From positions 71,178,001 to 71,242,000 of the forward strand of contig NC_086108.1 in assembly GCF_963921235.1 (NCBI RefSeq): a DNA stretch of 64,000 nt, read 5' to 3'. The translations under genes and the position numbers were made by a program. Below, in pieces: positions 50,340 through 61,490 of the stretch; position 1 is the first letter of the stretch, and every line of letters starts with the position of its first letter. A model generated the notes under the pieces. The model was not told the origin of the DNA. It ran no database searches and saw only the letters and a program-made list of their open reading frames with translations. Origin of the DNA: Mobula hypostoma (lineage: Eukaryota).

Positions 50340-51090
50340 TAAATACATGAGGCTTGATCAGTAAATTTGCAGATAACACACAATTAGGTGGTGGTGTTGA
50401 TGGTGAAGAAGGTTATCGTGGATTGCAAGGGGATCTTGATCAATTAGTGAAGTGAGCCAGGGAAGTGGCAAATGGATTTCAACACAGGTAATTGTGAGGT
50501 GATGCACTTTGGAAAGACAAACCATATAGGTCTTATACTATGATTGGTAGGGCAAGAGGGAGTGTAGCGGAACAGAGGGATCTAAGAGTACAAGTGCACA
50601 GTTTGTTGAAAAAGAGGTGAAAGAGACATTTAATATGTGGGCCTATCAGTCAGGGCATCGAGTATAGGAGACTGAACATCATATTGCAGTCATACAAGTC
50701 ACTAGTGAGGCTGTGCTTGGGAGTACTGTGTACAGTTTTGCTCACTCTGTTATTGAAAAGACGTGGTTAAACCGGATTGAGTGCAGAAAGGTTTTGAGTA
50801 CGTTGGCAGGATTAGAGGGCCTGAGTTCTAGGGAGAAGGTTGACACACTCGGTCTTTATTCTGTCGAAGGCAGACTTAAAGCAGACCTGAGAGGCAACCT
50901 TTTCACGCAGAGGGTGATGAGCTGCCAGAGCAAGTGTTTGAGGCAGTATCACTGAGGAAGCACTTGGATAGGGATGTGCAGGGATGGTCTTTGGAGGGAT
51001 TTGGACCAAAAACAGAAAATTAGGAATCGCTGAGTGGGTACGGTGGTTGGGTCAGCAGGCTTGCATCCGTGCTCTACGACTCTCTACAAG
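50340..51090 (+). mobile_element. CR1 LINE fragment
   Basis: ISKFADNTQLGG, WQMDFN.GNCEVMHFGK, NLFTQRV. Confidence 0.8.
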
Positions 51091-52099
51091 AGGAAATCTG
51101 GTATACAAGGGCAATGCAGCACCAAGGATTGTCTTAAACTGAATTAATAATAGCAACACCAGAGCAAAATAACGTTGAGGGATGTGGATGGGGAGGAAGG
51201 TAAAAATCACATCAAAGCTCCATTTGAAGTAATCAAAGATATTCTATTATTCTTCTGGCAATCCTCTCTGCCCCCTAAATGAGACCACTGGCTGAGCCAA
51301 CAGGCCTACAAGTGCCGTAGCTCAGAGGCAGCAATTCACGCAATGTATTAGGAGCCACAAAGGTGGCAGAACTGTTCAATACAGGTCCATACCCAACCCC
51401 ACCTCATACTCCAATGATGCCACAATATATTGAACAGGAGCAGCAGCCAAAACAAGCTTTGCCTACCCAGCTGTTGTGTGCAAAGGCCAGCTGTATTGTT
51501 TCTAATATTGTGACTGTTGTATTAAGTCTTCCTTCTGCTGTCTAGTAATAACAACATAAAGTCAAACAGTAAGACAAGCTCGAGTCTAATGCAATCTATT
51601 AGACAAATAAATGCTCTGGAGTTTACTGGGCTCACATGCCATTCGGGCAACTCTTCTCTATAATCTAACCAGTCTAAAGAAAACTCTCAGCTCCTCACTC
51701 TTTCACTACATTCTGCCCTTTTCTCATCTCACCTTCATGTTCTTATCAGTTTTATTTCCTGATTCTCACTATTTTTATGTTATTGAAATTTGAGTAATTA
51801 ATAGTGTAAGCTCTCACCAATCATCTCCAACAAATGTTTGAAATGGAAAACATTTTACAATTGGGACTTCCATAATATTAAAAACAACTCTATTTGCAAA
51901 CGTATCCGGTATACCACTTCTATTCAAAGTTTCTATTTCTATCTTTATAATGGAAATTTCTGTCATAAACAATGGTAAACAATAAATAATTTTAATCCTG
52001 TATTCAGCAGTACAGTTACCTTAAAGTTAAAATAAACTCTAAGGACTCATCAATATTTCGCAATTCAATTAAATACCCACAGAATAATAATATAAAAAG

Positions 52100-53470
52100 A
52101 TGAAATACAACAGGTCGACGTCAAAGATTGAACGGAAATCCGGACATAAATGGAATTGAAAATATCAATAAATGACAGCCAGTGTCCCAAACGCGAGACG
52201 TAATCATCTTATTTTCTAAACTCCAAGAAAAGATATCTCGCATAAAACACGAATATCTCCTTCTGAAATACCAGCAAATCAAACACCCGATGGTAAACGA
52301 TGTTCGTTATTAGCTCAAAGCTCACACAGATGATTCCCGAGTCTTCAACTAGCCGGTCCAAACCATTCGAAAAAGTTCCCAGCGCTCAGGAAAAGTGTTG
52401 TGTTACGACTATTAACTATACACACCAATTTAAAGGACCGCAAGTACGCACACATATTCGAAAATAGATTCGGAAGACAAGTCTACCTTGCCAGAGAATA
52501 AAACGATTACAAGTCAAATATGTTGCGAGGTTTTAATTGAAGTTGTTTTGGGGGAATAAACATCACAAGTATAATTTTCGAGTACATGGTGCGAGAAGGC
52601 CGCTCTGCTAGCAACAAACCTGGTAACCAGGCAATTGTATCAATTTCACACCACAACAAAATCCAAAACATTCTAAATTGGAACGTTTTGTCTCAAAAGT
52701 GACCGACACGAATTCTCCGGGAGCAAAATGGAAACATTACAACGAAATGTATCAACATTCAGCAGCTAAAAATCCCGATCATGTCTCTCGACTTTTGTTG
52801 CCCCGAAGCGCCGATTACTATTAATGCAGAGTTGTCACGGAAGACTTCCCTGCATTCGAGGCTCGATTACCTTTTCATCATACTGGCAAAATCATATGCT
52901 TCTTCGTTGCGGAATGCTTAAAGAGATCCGTAGCAGATAACCTCATTCAAGATGACAGAACTGAAAAAAAAACCCTTCGCGTCCCATTCAGCCTGTTTAT
53001 ATAGAATCCCTACTCAATATGGCTCCGTGGCAAGGAAGTGCGCGGCACTATGGGAATGGCTACCATAAAAGGGAGTGCTGTATTTCATTACAGACTCATG
53101 CTCTACGAGCAAGATATATCCCATTGTGTATGGACGTATTTTTGTAATCACCTGCACCAATTTAGAGGATATATTTACCGTCTTGTATGCACACCGTTTC
53201 TCAACGGTATGCTTAATCTCCCTGCTGGTAATGACGAGTAGTGTAGTTAGGAATAAGGAGGCAAATTCAGTCAATTAAAGGCTCGAGAATACAGAATTAT
53301 GTAACGTCACCCAAACTCTGATGTTTGTGAATTCTCAATAAACAAAATTGTCCGAAAACACGAAATCACAGCTAAACTCTCACAGTTATCAGGCCACCGT
53401 CGATTTAAGGGGAGCAGTAGGATTGTGTGTAATTCTCGTTATGATGTCATGCACAGGCCGTAAGGTGTTT
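52100..53470 (-). promoter_or_regulatory. Candidate fzr1 promoter and non-coding exon 1 (about 52871-52970)
   Basis: Non-repeat region visibly richer in CpG than the rest of the window. Minus-strand TATATAAA at 53003-52996, donor AAG|GTAATC at 52870, ETS-like AGGAAGTG 53033-53040, YY1-like CAATATGGCT 53015-53024, CRE half-site ACGTCA at about 53304. Confidence 0.55.
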
Positions 53471-53613
53471 TAAAATATTGCAAACCAGTAAGGATTTTCT
53501 GATTTTTTTTGTTGAAAATAAAATAATTTCAAATCTATTTTAATAATTTTATTTAAAATAAGTAATTGTATTTTATCTGCCAAATCAATTCAATGGTGGT
53601 AATAATCACTGAA

Positions 53614-53660
53614 TACAAACGTATTACGTATTATAAACGTATTATAATACAAACGTATTA
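53614..53660. repeat. Short tandem duplication (aatacaaacgtatta / acgtatta units)
   Basis: Four acgtatta cores in 47 bp. Confidence 0.7.
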
Positions 53661-54224
53661 GCAATGGAAAAGGTGAATGCCACGGTTTTAGTGGAGGATA
53701 GGTGAGGGTGGTACTGACAGTAGGCCTGAGCAAGAGTTCAAGCAAGATTGTGTGTGAGAGAGAATGGGCTTGGTAACAGAAGGAAGAGAATTAATGGGAA
53801 ATCAGATGGGGCAAAGGAAGATTCATGGAAAGATGTGGGCAGGGAAGAGAAGGATTGCACCAGAGTAAGGAAAAAGAGGAAAATGATTAAGAGGGTGAAA
53901 AGAAATAGTAAAAAGGTTCAGATTAAAACGCGTGTGGGGCAGAGGAAGAAAGGAAGTGGGTGGGTGAAGGGATGGGGAAGAGAAAGAAAGGGTTAAAGGC
54001 AGAGGCCGGGAAAAGGTTAGGAGAAAGGAAAAGAAAAGGTGATTGAGAAGAGCAAGTGGAGAGGACTAAGGGAAGATGAGAGAGCACTGAGCAGAAGTGA
54101 GAGGAAAGAGAAAGAGGCAGTATAAGGCAGAGGAAGGGAGATGGTTAAGGCAAAGAATGTTCAAAGATGAAAAGGGAATGGCATTGAGGAGTGAAATGGC
54201 AAGGACTGAGAAGCAGAGTTAAAT

Positions 54225-54385
54225 GGGGAAATGAGGAAGGGGTGAGGTGGGGGAATGAGGGGTGAGGAAGGGGTAAGGAGGGGTTGGGATGGGGAAATGA
54301 GGAAGTGGTGAGGAGGGGTTGGGATGGGGAAATGAGGAAGGGGTAAGGAGGGGGAAATGCGGAGGGGGTAAGGAGGGGTTGCGAT
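54225..54385 (+). repeat. G/A-rich minisatellite (25-40 bp unit ggggaaatgaggaaggggtaaggaggggttgggat) at the end of a purine tract of about 650 bp
   Basis: About 5 imperfect units; plus strand 53750-54410 is strongly purine-biased. Confidence 0.75.
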
Positions 54386-55564
54386 GGAGTGTTGTGTACA
54401 GAAGGGGGAAAAATAGAACTGCAGATGCTGACATTTGAAACAAGAAATTATGGATGAACTCAGACAGTCAAGCAGCATGTCTCGAAACAGAAACTACGAA
54501 ACATTTCTGGTTATTGACCCTTCCCCTAAGTTTACTTTAGCTGCAGGTCCTGATGAGATTAACTATTAGGCACTTGGAACCACTCACCAGTTTAAAGGTG
54601 CTATACAAATGTAAACTACTATTGATCTGCAACAAAGTTATAAGAAGATTATATACTGTATTGAGATTGGTGATGCTCGTTGTTCTCCATGCTAATTCAT
54701 TTACTGAATGCCAAAAGGATGACTGCAAACGTTGATTCCAGTTGTAGGAAGCACAAATGAAAGTCCCCACACACTTTATGCTGAATCTTCACTTGCAGCC
54801 TGTCCTTGCTGATCCCAGTGGCAATTGTTCTTTACTTTGACAGTGCATCCTGAGAATTTTATAAACACAAAAGCAGGAAACTCAGAGCTGACTGTCATTG
54901 CAATTTATGTCAACGACATCAATCAGAATTGAGTAGCTGCATTTCAGGAACCTGCAGAAAGCTTAAGAATATTCACACTGAGCAGTTTTGGATTAAAAAG
55001 AACAGGTATAACTGACTTCCCTTTCATATTGGTGCCAAAATAGTCGCATGCCCTGATTAGATACCAAAATAGATAAAATCAAAAAATGTAGAAACTCAAT
55101 AAAACAATTAACCAGTCAATATGCTTGAAAGTCTTTCTGAGATATTTATGATAAAGTTATTAGCAGTTTAAATAAAACACATGCTATCTTTGTAAGTACT
55201 AATAAATCCAATAACAATATGAAGGCACTGCTTCTGACTACTTCCATTGAAAACTGTAAAAGAAACCATTTATCCAATACACCAGTTCAGTTATTCAATG
55301 AAGTCGTGGCTGATCTGTAACCTAATTTCATCCATCCAACATAGCCACATATGCCTTGCTGCAAGCTATGACATTGTCCATGGATTTGCCCAAAAGTTGA
55401 ACAGCATTCATTCCAGAATTCAGCATTAAATTAACAACATTCTTCAGTCTTCACCTATTCAAATACTCGGCTTTGCAAATTATTCTTATGTCAGCTACTT
55501 CCTTAATGTTATACACACATACAAGCTTGGTGTGTCTTCACAAAAAGAGTGTTAGATCAGTCAG

Positions 55565-55840
55565 TTTATTTTTTTTAGACGTACAGCGTGGAATAGGCCC
55601 TTCAAGCTGCACCACCCAGCAATCCCGATTTCATCCTAGCCTAATCATGGGACAATTTACAACGACCAATTAACCTACTAACTGGTCTGTCCTTGGACTG
55701 TGGGAGCAAACTGGAAGGGCCAGAGAAAAGCCACGCTTTGCGGGGGAAGGACGTAAAAACTCCTTACAGATTTCGCCAGAAGTGAACTCCAAACTCCAAA
55801 TGCAACAGTGTTGTGCTAACCACTGCACTACCGTGGTGCC
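55565..55840 (-). mobile_element. V-SINE (HE1-like)
   Basis: Similar to 4340-4590 and 49850-50120. Confidence 0.75.
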
Positions 55841-56149
55841 CAGTTTTCTCCGATGTTTTTATTGTGAAAACACATGCTGCAATTGAATAAGTGGCTTGGC
55901 CTATGCAGTATCAGAATCAGCTGACCCAGATCTGGGTCATACCCTCCAAATATCCGGACCTGCCTCTCGGTTTTTTGCACTACCTTACTTTCCTTTTCTA
56001 TGTTCTATTTATGATTTATAATTTAAATTTTTACTATTTACTATTGATTTGTAGTCCAGGGTGTGCGAAGCGCAGAATCAAATATCGCTGTGATGATTGT
56101 ATGCTCTAGTATCAATTGTTTGGCGACAATAAAGTAAATTAAAGCTTAA

Positions 56150-57760
56150 ATATCACCGGCATATGTAATGAAATTTGTTTTGTGGTAGCAGTACATAATA
56201 ATAAAAATATAAATTACAATAAGTATATATACTAAAAACATTAAATAAGTCCGAATCAGAATCAGATTTATTATCACCAGCATATGTCATGAAATTTGTT
56301 AACTTTACAGCGGCAGTAGAATGAAATACATGATAAATAAATATACAGAAAAAAAGATTAATAAATAGTGAAGTTAAAATAAGTAATGCAAAAAAAAACA
56401 CGGAAATAAAAAAAAAGTAGTGAGGTGGTGTTCATGGGTCCAATGTCCATTTAGAAATTGAATGGCAGAGGGCTAGAAACTGTTCCTGAATCACTGAGTA
56501 TGTGCCTTCAGGCTTCTGTACTTCTTTCCCAGTGGTAACAATGTGAAGAGGGTGTGTTTTGGGTGGTGGGGATGATTAATGATGGATACTGCCTTCCTTA
56601 GATACCGCTCTTTGAGGACATCTATGGAGGCTAGTAGCCATGATGGAGCTGACTAATTGTACAAGTTTCTGCAACTTATTTTGATCTTGTGCAGTAGCCC
56701 CCCCTCTCCCCCCCACCCCCCGTAATACCAGACAGAGATACAGCTAGTCAAAATGCGCTCCATGGTACCCTTGTAGAAGTTTTCAAGTGTTTTAGTTGAC
56801 AAACTAAATCTCAAATCCCATTCTTTATAACTGCATCAATATGTTGTGTCCATGATTGTTGGCTAGGCATAGCTCAAATGCTATCTATAAATTTGCTGAT
56901 GATACAACCATTGTTGGCAGAAGTTCAGATGGTGGTGGAAGGGTGCACAGGATTGAGATATACCAGTTAGTTTTGTGGTGTCGCAGCGACAACCTTGCAC
57001 TCTATGTCAGCAAGTCCAAAGAGCTGATTGTGAACTTCAGGAAGGGTAGGATGAGGATGCACAAACCAATCCTCTTAGAGGGATCAGAAGTGGAGAGAAT
57101 GATCAATTTCAAGTTCCTGGGTGTCAAGATCTGAGTACTGCAAAAAGAGGAAATATAGTGAGGTAGTGTTCATGGGTTCACTGTCCATTCAGAAATCTGA
57201 TGGTGGAGGGGAAGACGCTGCTCCTGACATGTTAAGCATTTAATATAAAGTTCCTGTACCTCCTCCTTGATGGTAGCAATGAGAAGAGGGCATGTCCTGG
57301 CTGATGGGGGTTCTTAGTGATGTACGTATGCCACCTTTTTCAGGCATTGCCTTTTGAAGGTGCCCTTGGTGCTGGGAAGCCTTTGCCCATGATGGATCTG
57401 GCTGAGTTTACACCTCTCTGCAGCTCTTTCTGATCCTATGCAGTGGCCCTTTCATACCAGACAGAGACACAACCAGTTGGAATGCTCTGCACAGCAGACA
57501 TTTGCGAGAGTCCTTGGTGACATACCAAGTCACCTTAAACTCCTCATGAAACATAACCACCATTATGCCTTCTTTGAAATTGCATCAGTATGTTGGGCCC
57601 AGGATAGATCTTCAGAGATATTGACACCCAGGAACTTAAAACTGCTCACCCTTTCCACTCTGATCCCTTGAAGAGGACTGATGCCCATTCCTTTCACTTC
57701 GCCTCCCTGAAGTCCACAATCAATTCCTTGATCTTACTGAAGTTAAGTGCAAGGTTGTTT
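56150..57760 (-). mobile_element. Cluster of Rex/Babar LINE pieces, with a plus-strand RT segment at about 56853-57133 between minus-strand segments
   Basis: gaatcagaatcaga tail at about 56253; ORF 56856..57134 [11 protein letters not shown]...SKSKELIVNFRK on plus; flanks match minus-strand Rex 3' regions. Confidence 0.8.
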
Positions 57761-57920
57761 ATAATGTAATTTGGACAGAAAGGGCTGTTTTCTTTGTACA
57801 GCTGGCTACATAAACAAATTCTTCTTATACTTGGGAAACCTGGGAAGAAAACAGAAAATCTGTTCCATAAATCATAGAAATATTACTATAGTTATATTTA
57901 ACCAACAATTCAAGTTCATC

Positions 57921-58030
57921 CAACACACTTCAAAGTTGCTGGTGAACGAAGCAGGCCAGGCAGCATCTCTAGGAAGAGGTACAGTCGACGTTTCAGGCCG
58001 ACACCAGAATTCCTGTTGTTAGCGTTTTAA
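57921..58030 (-). mobile_element. Short Penelope-terminus element with 14-bp TSD
   Basis: TSD aattcaagttcatc at 57907-57920 and 58031-58044; minus strand has ggcctGAAACGTCGACTG. Confidence 0.8.
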
Positions 58031-58639
58031 AATTCAAGTTCATCTTTGAGAGTATTCGATACCTTGTATAAATATGGTTTCTCCATGCGATACATGCTTA
58101 CTGCAATATGCTTCTGTAAACAGCTTGTTTCATGCTGAAACTTGCCATTTCCTCACTGGTTTTCTAATTGACAATGACTGGCTCTTCCATTCCACATCGT
58201 TCAACAGCACCAATTGCATTTTTATTGCTTCTTTAACAAGAAGAAAACATACAAAGATTCCACACAAAAGAATAATCAGACAAAGGCAGATGAACAGTTA
58301 GCAAATGCCAAGAGCTTGGTCAAAGAGAAAGGTTTTACTAATGAACCTACAGAAGAGAGGAAGGTGGAGGCAGAGATTTCCTGTGTGTGAAGCCTCAACT
58401 CAATGTGTGTGTGGGTTTCCAAGTCCCATTTTGCTCTGCAATTGAATTATTGCTCAGTCAGCTTATTCTTCAAACACAATCACCCAATTTGAGCCAACCA
58501 CTTGTATTCATATAAAAATTTCTCTATAACATATTTACTCATAAGAGGTAATGATGTATTGATGCATTGATGTATTTCCTTAATATTACTATTAGATCTC
58601 ACAAAAAGAAAAAGAAAAAGCTTGTCCCATGTACAATGG

Positions 58640-58935
58640 AACATCCTTAGCATACAGTGAATTGTGTGTTGGCATCAAATCAAATCAGCAAGGTTGTGCT
58701 GGGTAGCCTGCATTTGTTAACATGCTTCCGGCGCCAACAAAGCATGCCCACAATCCACTAACCCTAACCGTAGGTCTTTGGAATTTGGGAGGAAATCAGA
58801 GCACTTGATAGAAACCCATGCGGTCATGGGGAGAACCTACAAACTCCTTATATAGGCAATGTCAGGTACTGATCCCGGATTGGTGATTGCTGGTGTTCTG
58901 GCAGCGTTATGCTAACCACTACACTATTATACCAC
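58640..58935 (-). mobile_element. V-SINE variant
   Basis: tctttggaatttgggaggaaatcagagcac...gaaacccatgcggtcatggggagaacctacaaactcctt...gctaaccactacact. Confidence 0.7.
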
Positions 58936-59427
58936 CTGATATTTAATTCAAACTAAAAGTTCACTGAAAACTTCCAAATGATTTCAACTGCCAACCTTAT
59001 ATAATTACAATAGCCTGGGGTACAAAGTTAAACATTATTCAGACCAAAGGCAACTAACCAGGACCGCTACTAGGGTTAGAAAAGAATAGCTGTGTCAGCA
59101 CATCACTTCTACAAAAATAAGCAAACTTGCACTTTTATCTCTCCAGGTAACTACAAGCCCACAGCACAAGTGCAATATACTTGGGCAGGCTTACGCAGAA
59201 AGATGACAAGGAGAATTGGCTTGTGAAATTGCAATGACTCATACTGGCAAAATTGCAGTGTCCTTAACAAAGACACAGAGAACTTCACCTTAAGGTAACC
59301 ATGTGGCTACATATGAAGTACTCCAAAGAGAATGCAGTATATGAGTGAAGAATTTTTAATGAGGGGGGTTTTGGGCAAAGTGTTCCAAACCTGAAGATTT
59401 TCCTCAGAGTGGATATCTATTTCTAGG

Positions 59428-59528
59428 GCACAAACAAGAGAAAATCTGCAAGTGCTGGATATCCGAGTAACACACACAAAAATGCTAGAGGAACTTCGCA
59501 GGCCAGGCAGCATTTTGTGTGTGTTGCA
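59428..59528. mobile_element. Short fold-back Penelope-terminus element
   Basis: cacaaacaagagaaaatctgca...aacacacacaaaatgct / agcattttgtgtgtgttg inverted arms. Confidence 0.7.
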
Positions 59529-60652
59529 CCTACTTTTAGGGAACTTGAAGGACACCTGAAGCTGATGAACCAAGTTCAAGGTGAGAGGAAAAGAATGTCT
59601 ATGTTGGTTCTCACTCTAGGATATGTCTTCCCATACCCATGGGCCAAGGAGCAAATGCAGATAACTTAATCTATTAAATTAATATAGTTTAGCCTACTTG
59701 TTCCAGTTGTCATTATGCTCACATTCCTGAGAAGATACAAATACAGGACAGAAAAGATCACAGGCATTGAAGCCATGCATGATATCTGGACCAATAAAAT
59801 AATTATCAAGATGAAACTGAGGGTACATGAAGATGGAAATATCATCTACCTCATAATTTTCGTGAGGCATGGTAAACTAGAGACAATATAAATGCATCGA
59901 ACCTGTGAAAATCTAGGCACAAACAAAACTTTGTGATCTTCTAAGACGCAGGATGGATGAACTACCAGAAAGTCAAATGCTGCAACTTGAATAGGTATGT
60001 GGATGACTTCTACAAAGCCTCCCAAAAACACATTTGCTACCCTCCCTAGACAGCAAGACAAAAGGAAACACAGAAGGAGAACAGCAATCATAGCTACTCC
60101 AAAACAGAACTCCAGCCTCTGCCACCACCTTGCTGAGAGGTATTCTCTTTTTTAAAAAAAAATATTTTTATTTGGATAAGGTATAAGTATACAATCTTTT
60201 CACATGTATAACCTTTTCCATTTTTTATATATGTATAGATCTATAATTATTTATACATTCACAAGTACACATTGAGATGATATAAAAAGTAATTAGGCAC
60301 TTAAATAGATAATTATGTGCAGTTGTAATTCCACTCTACTAGACTAAGTATTGATAATGGTTGTAAAAAAAAGTAATAATAGTGGATTAATAATAATTTC
60401 CATTTATCTCTTCTGGACCATTTCTTTCTGGTCCAAAATATTGTATGTAACCCTATCTAACTTCCATCGTAGGTGTTTAACTGCAAGGTATCTCAATGAA
60501 GAGGAGGGTATGAGACACTGAACAGCACAGAGGAAAGTACTACATATCCCACAGGCATCACTGGGATATGTACGGCAAATCAATGCCTAGGACAGGTTGG
60601 TTGACACAGAAGAAAGCAGAAACCTCACAGATTCATAGGAACCCGAGTTCAA

Positions 60653-60876
60653 TCACAAACAAGAGAAATTCTGCAGATGCTGGAAATCTGAGCAACACGC
60701 ACAAAATGCTGGAGGAACTCAGCAGGTCAGCCAGCACCTGTGGAAGAGTACAGATGATACTTTGGGCTGAGAACCTTCAGCAGAACCCTACTAAAGGGTT
60801 TCAGACCAAAACGTTGACTGTACTCTTTTTCATAGATGCTGCCTGGACTACTGAGTTCCTCCAGCATTTTGTGTGT
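60653..60876. mobile_element. Fold-back Penelope-terminus element
   Basis: Arms of about 80 bp (cacaaaatgctggaggaactcagcagg / ctgagttcctccagcattttgtg), with decayed hammerhead remnants head-to-head at the centre. Confidence 0.8.
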
Positions 60877-60999
60877 AAACTGAATTCCAGGTGGCAAGGC
60901 AGAAGCAGGTGCCTGGAGGCCACAATAAACAGGACTAATCTCTCCTCTACTGAAGACTTGCATGGACAAAAACACCCTTGCAATGTGTATATCATGGAT

Positions 61000-61490
61000 C
61001 TGCAGTGCATAGAGGGTATTGAATCTCTGCCTCCAAGGTGGTGTTGGTGAGATCATTAGAAATGTTGAAGGTGAAGATAGAACAATATTTGAAAGATCAA
61101 GGAATTGAGCTTTATGGGGAATTAGCATAGAGCAGAGGCCAGCACAAGTAAGCCATGATCATATCAAACTGAAGGACTGGCTTGAGGGGCCAAATGGCTT
61201 CCTCCTGCTTCAGTTTTCTTGTGTCCTTGTGCAACACAGTCCAGATTCACGACATGTGGGATATTGGCCTCCTTTAGTCAGAACATCATCTACAATAGAA
61301 AGGAAATAATGCTGATAGTATGAAACCTTGGTTGGACCTCAGCAGGAAAGCTGCCTGCAGTTCTGGTCACTTGGTATGGCATCTGTATACTGACGAGGGT
61401 ACAGAAGAGATTTGCCAGGATATTGCCTTGGATGGAGCATTTTATTAGAAGGCTACTGGAGAATCTAAGTCTGTTCTCCCTGGATGTACT
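61000..61490 (+). mobile_element. Two old CR1 fragments
   Basis: 3' stem gaggggccaaatggcttcctcctgct at about 61185; LVGPQQESCLQFWS and RVQKRFARILP at 61330-61430. Confidence 0.6.

Noticed and set aside
54545..54585. CTGATGA at about 54550 as another hammerhead
   Set aside because: No convincing stem II, no GAAA and no stem I partner follow it.
492..60876. Recurring tgctggaggaactcagcagg repeat as a CRISPR-like or regularly spaced array
   Set aside because: Copies are dispersed, in both orientations, variably truncated and tied to a Penelope-like RT/GIY-YIG element. There is no spacer periodicity and no cas genes.
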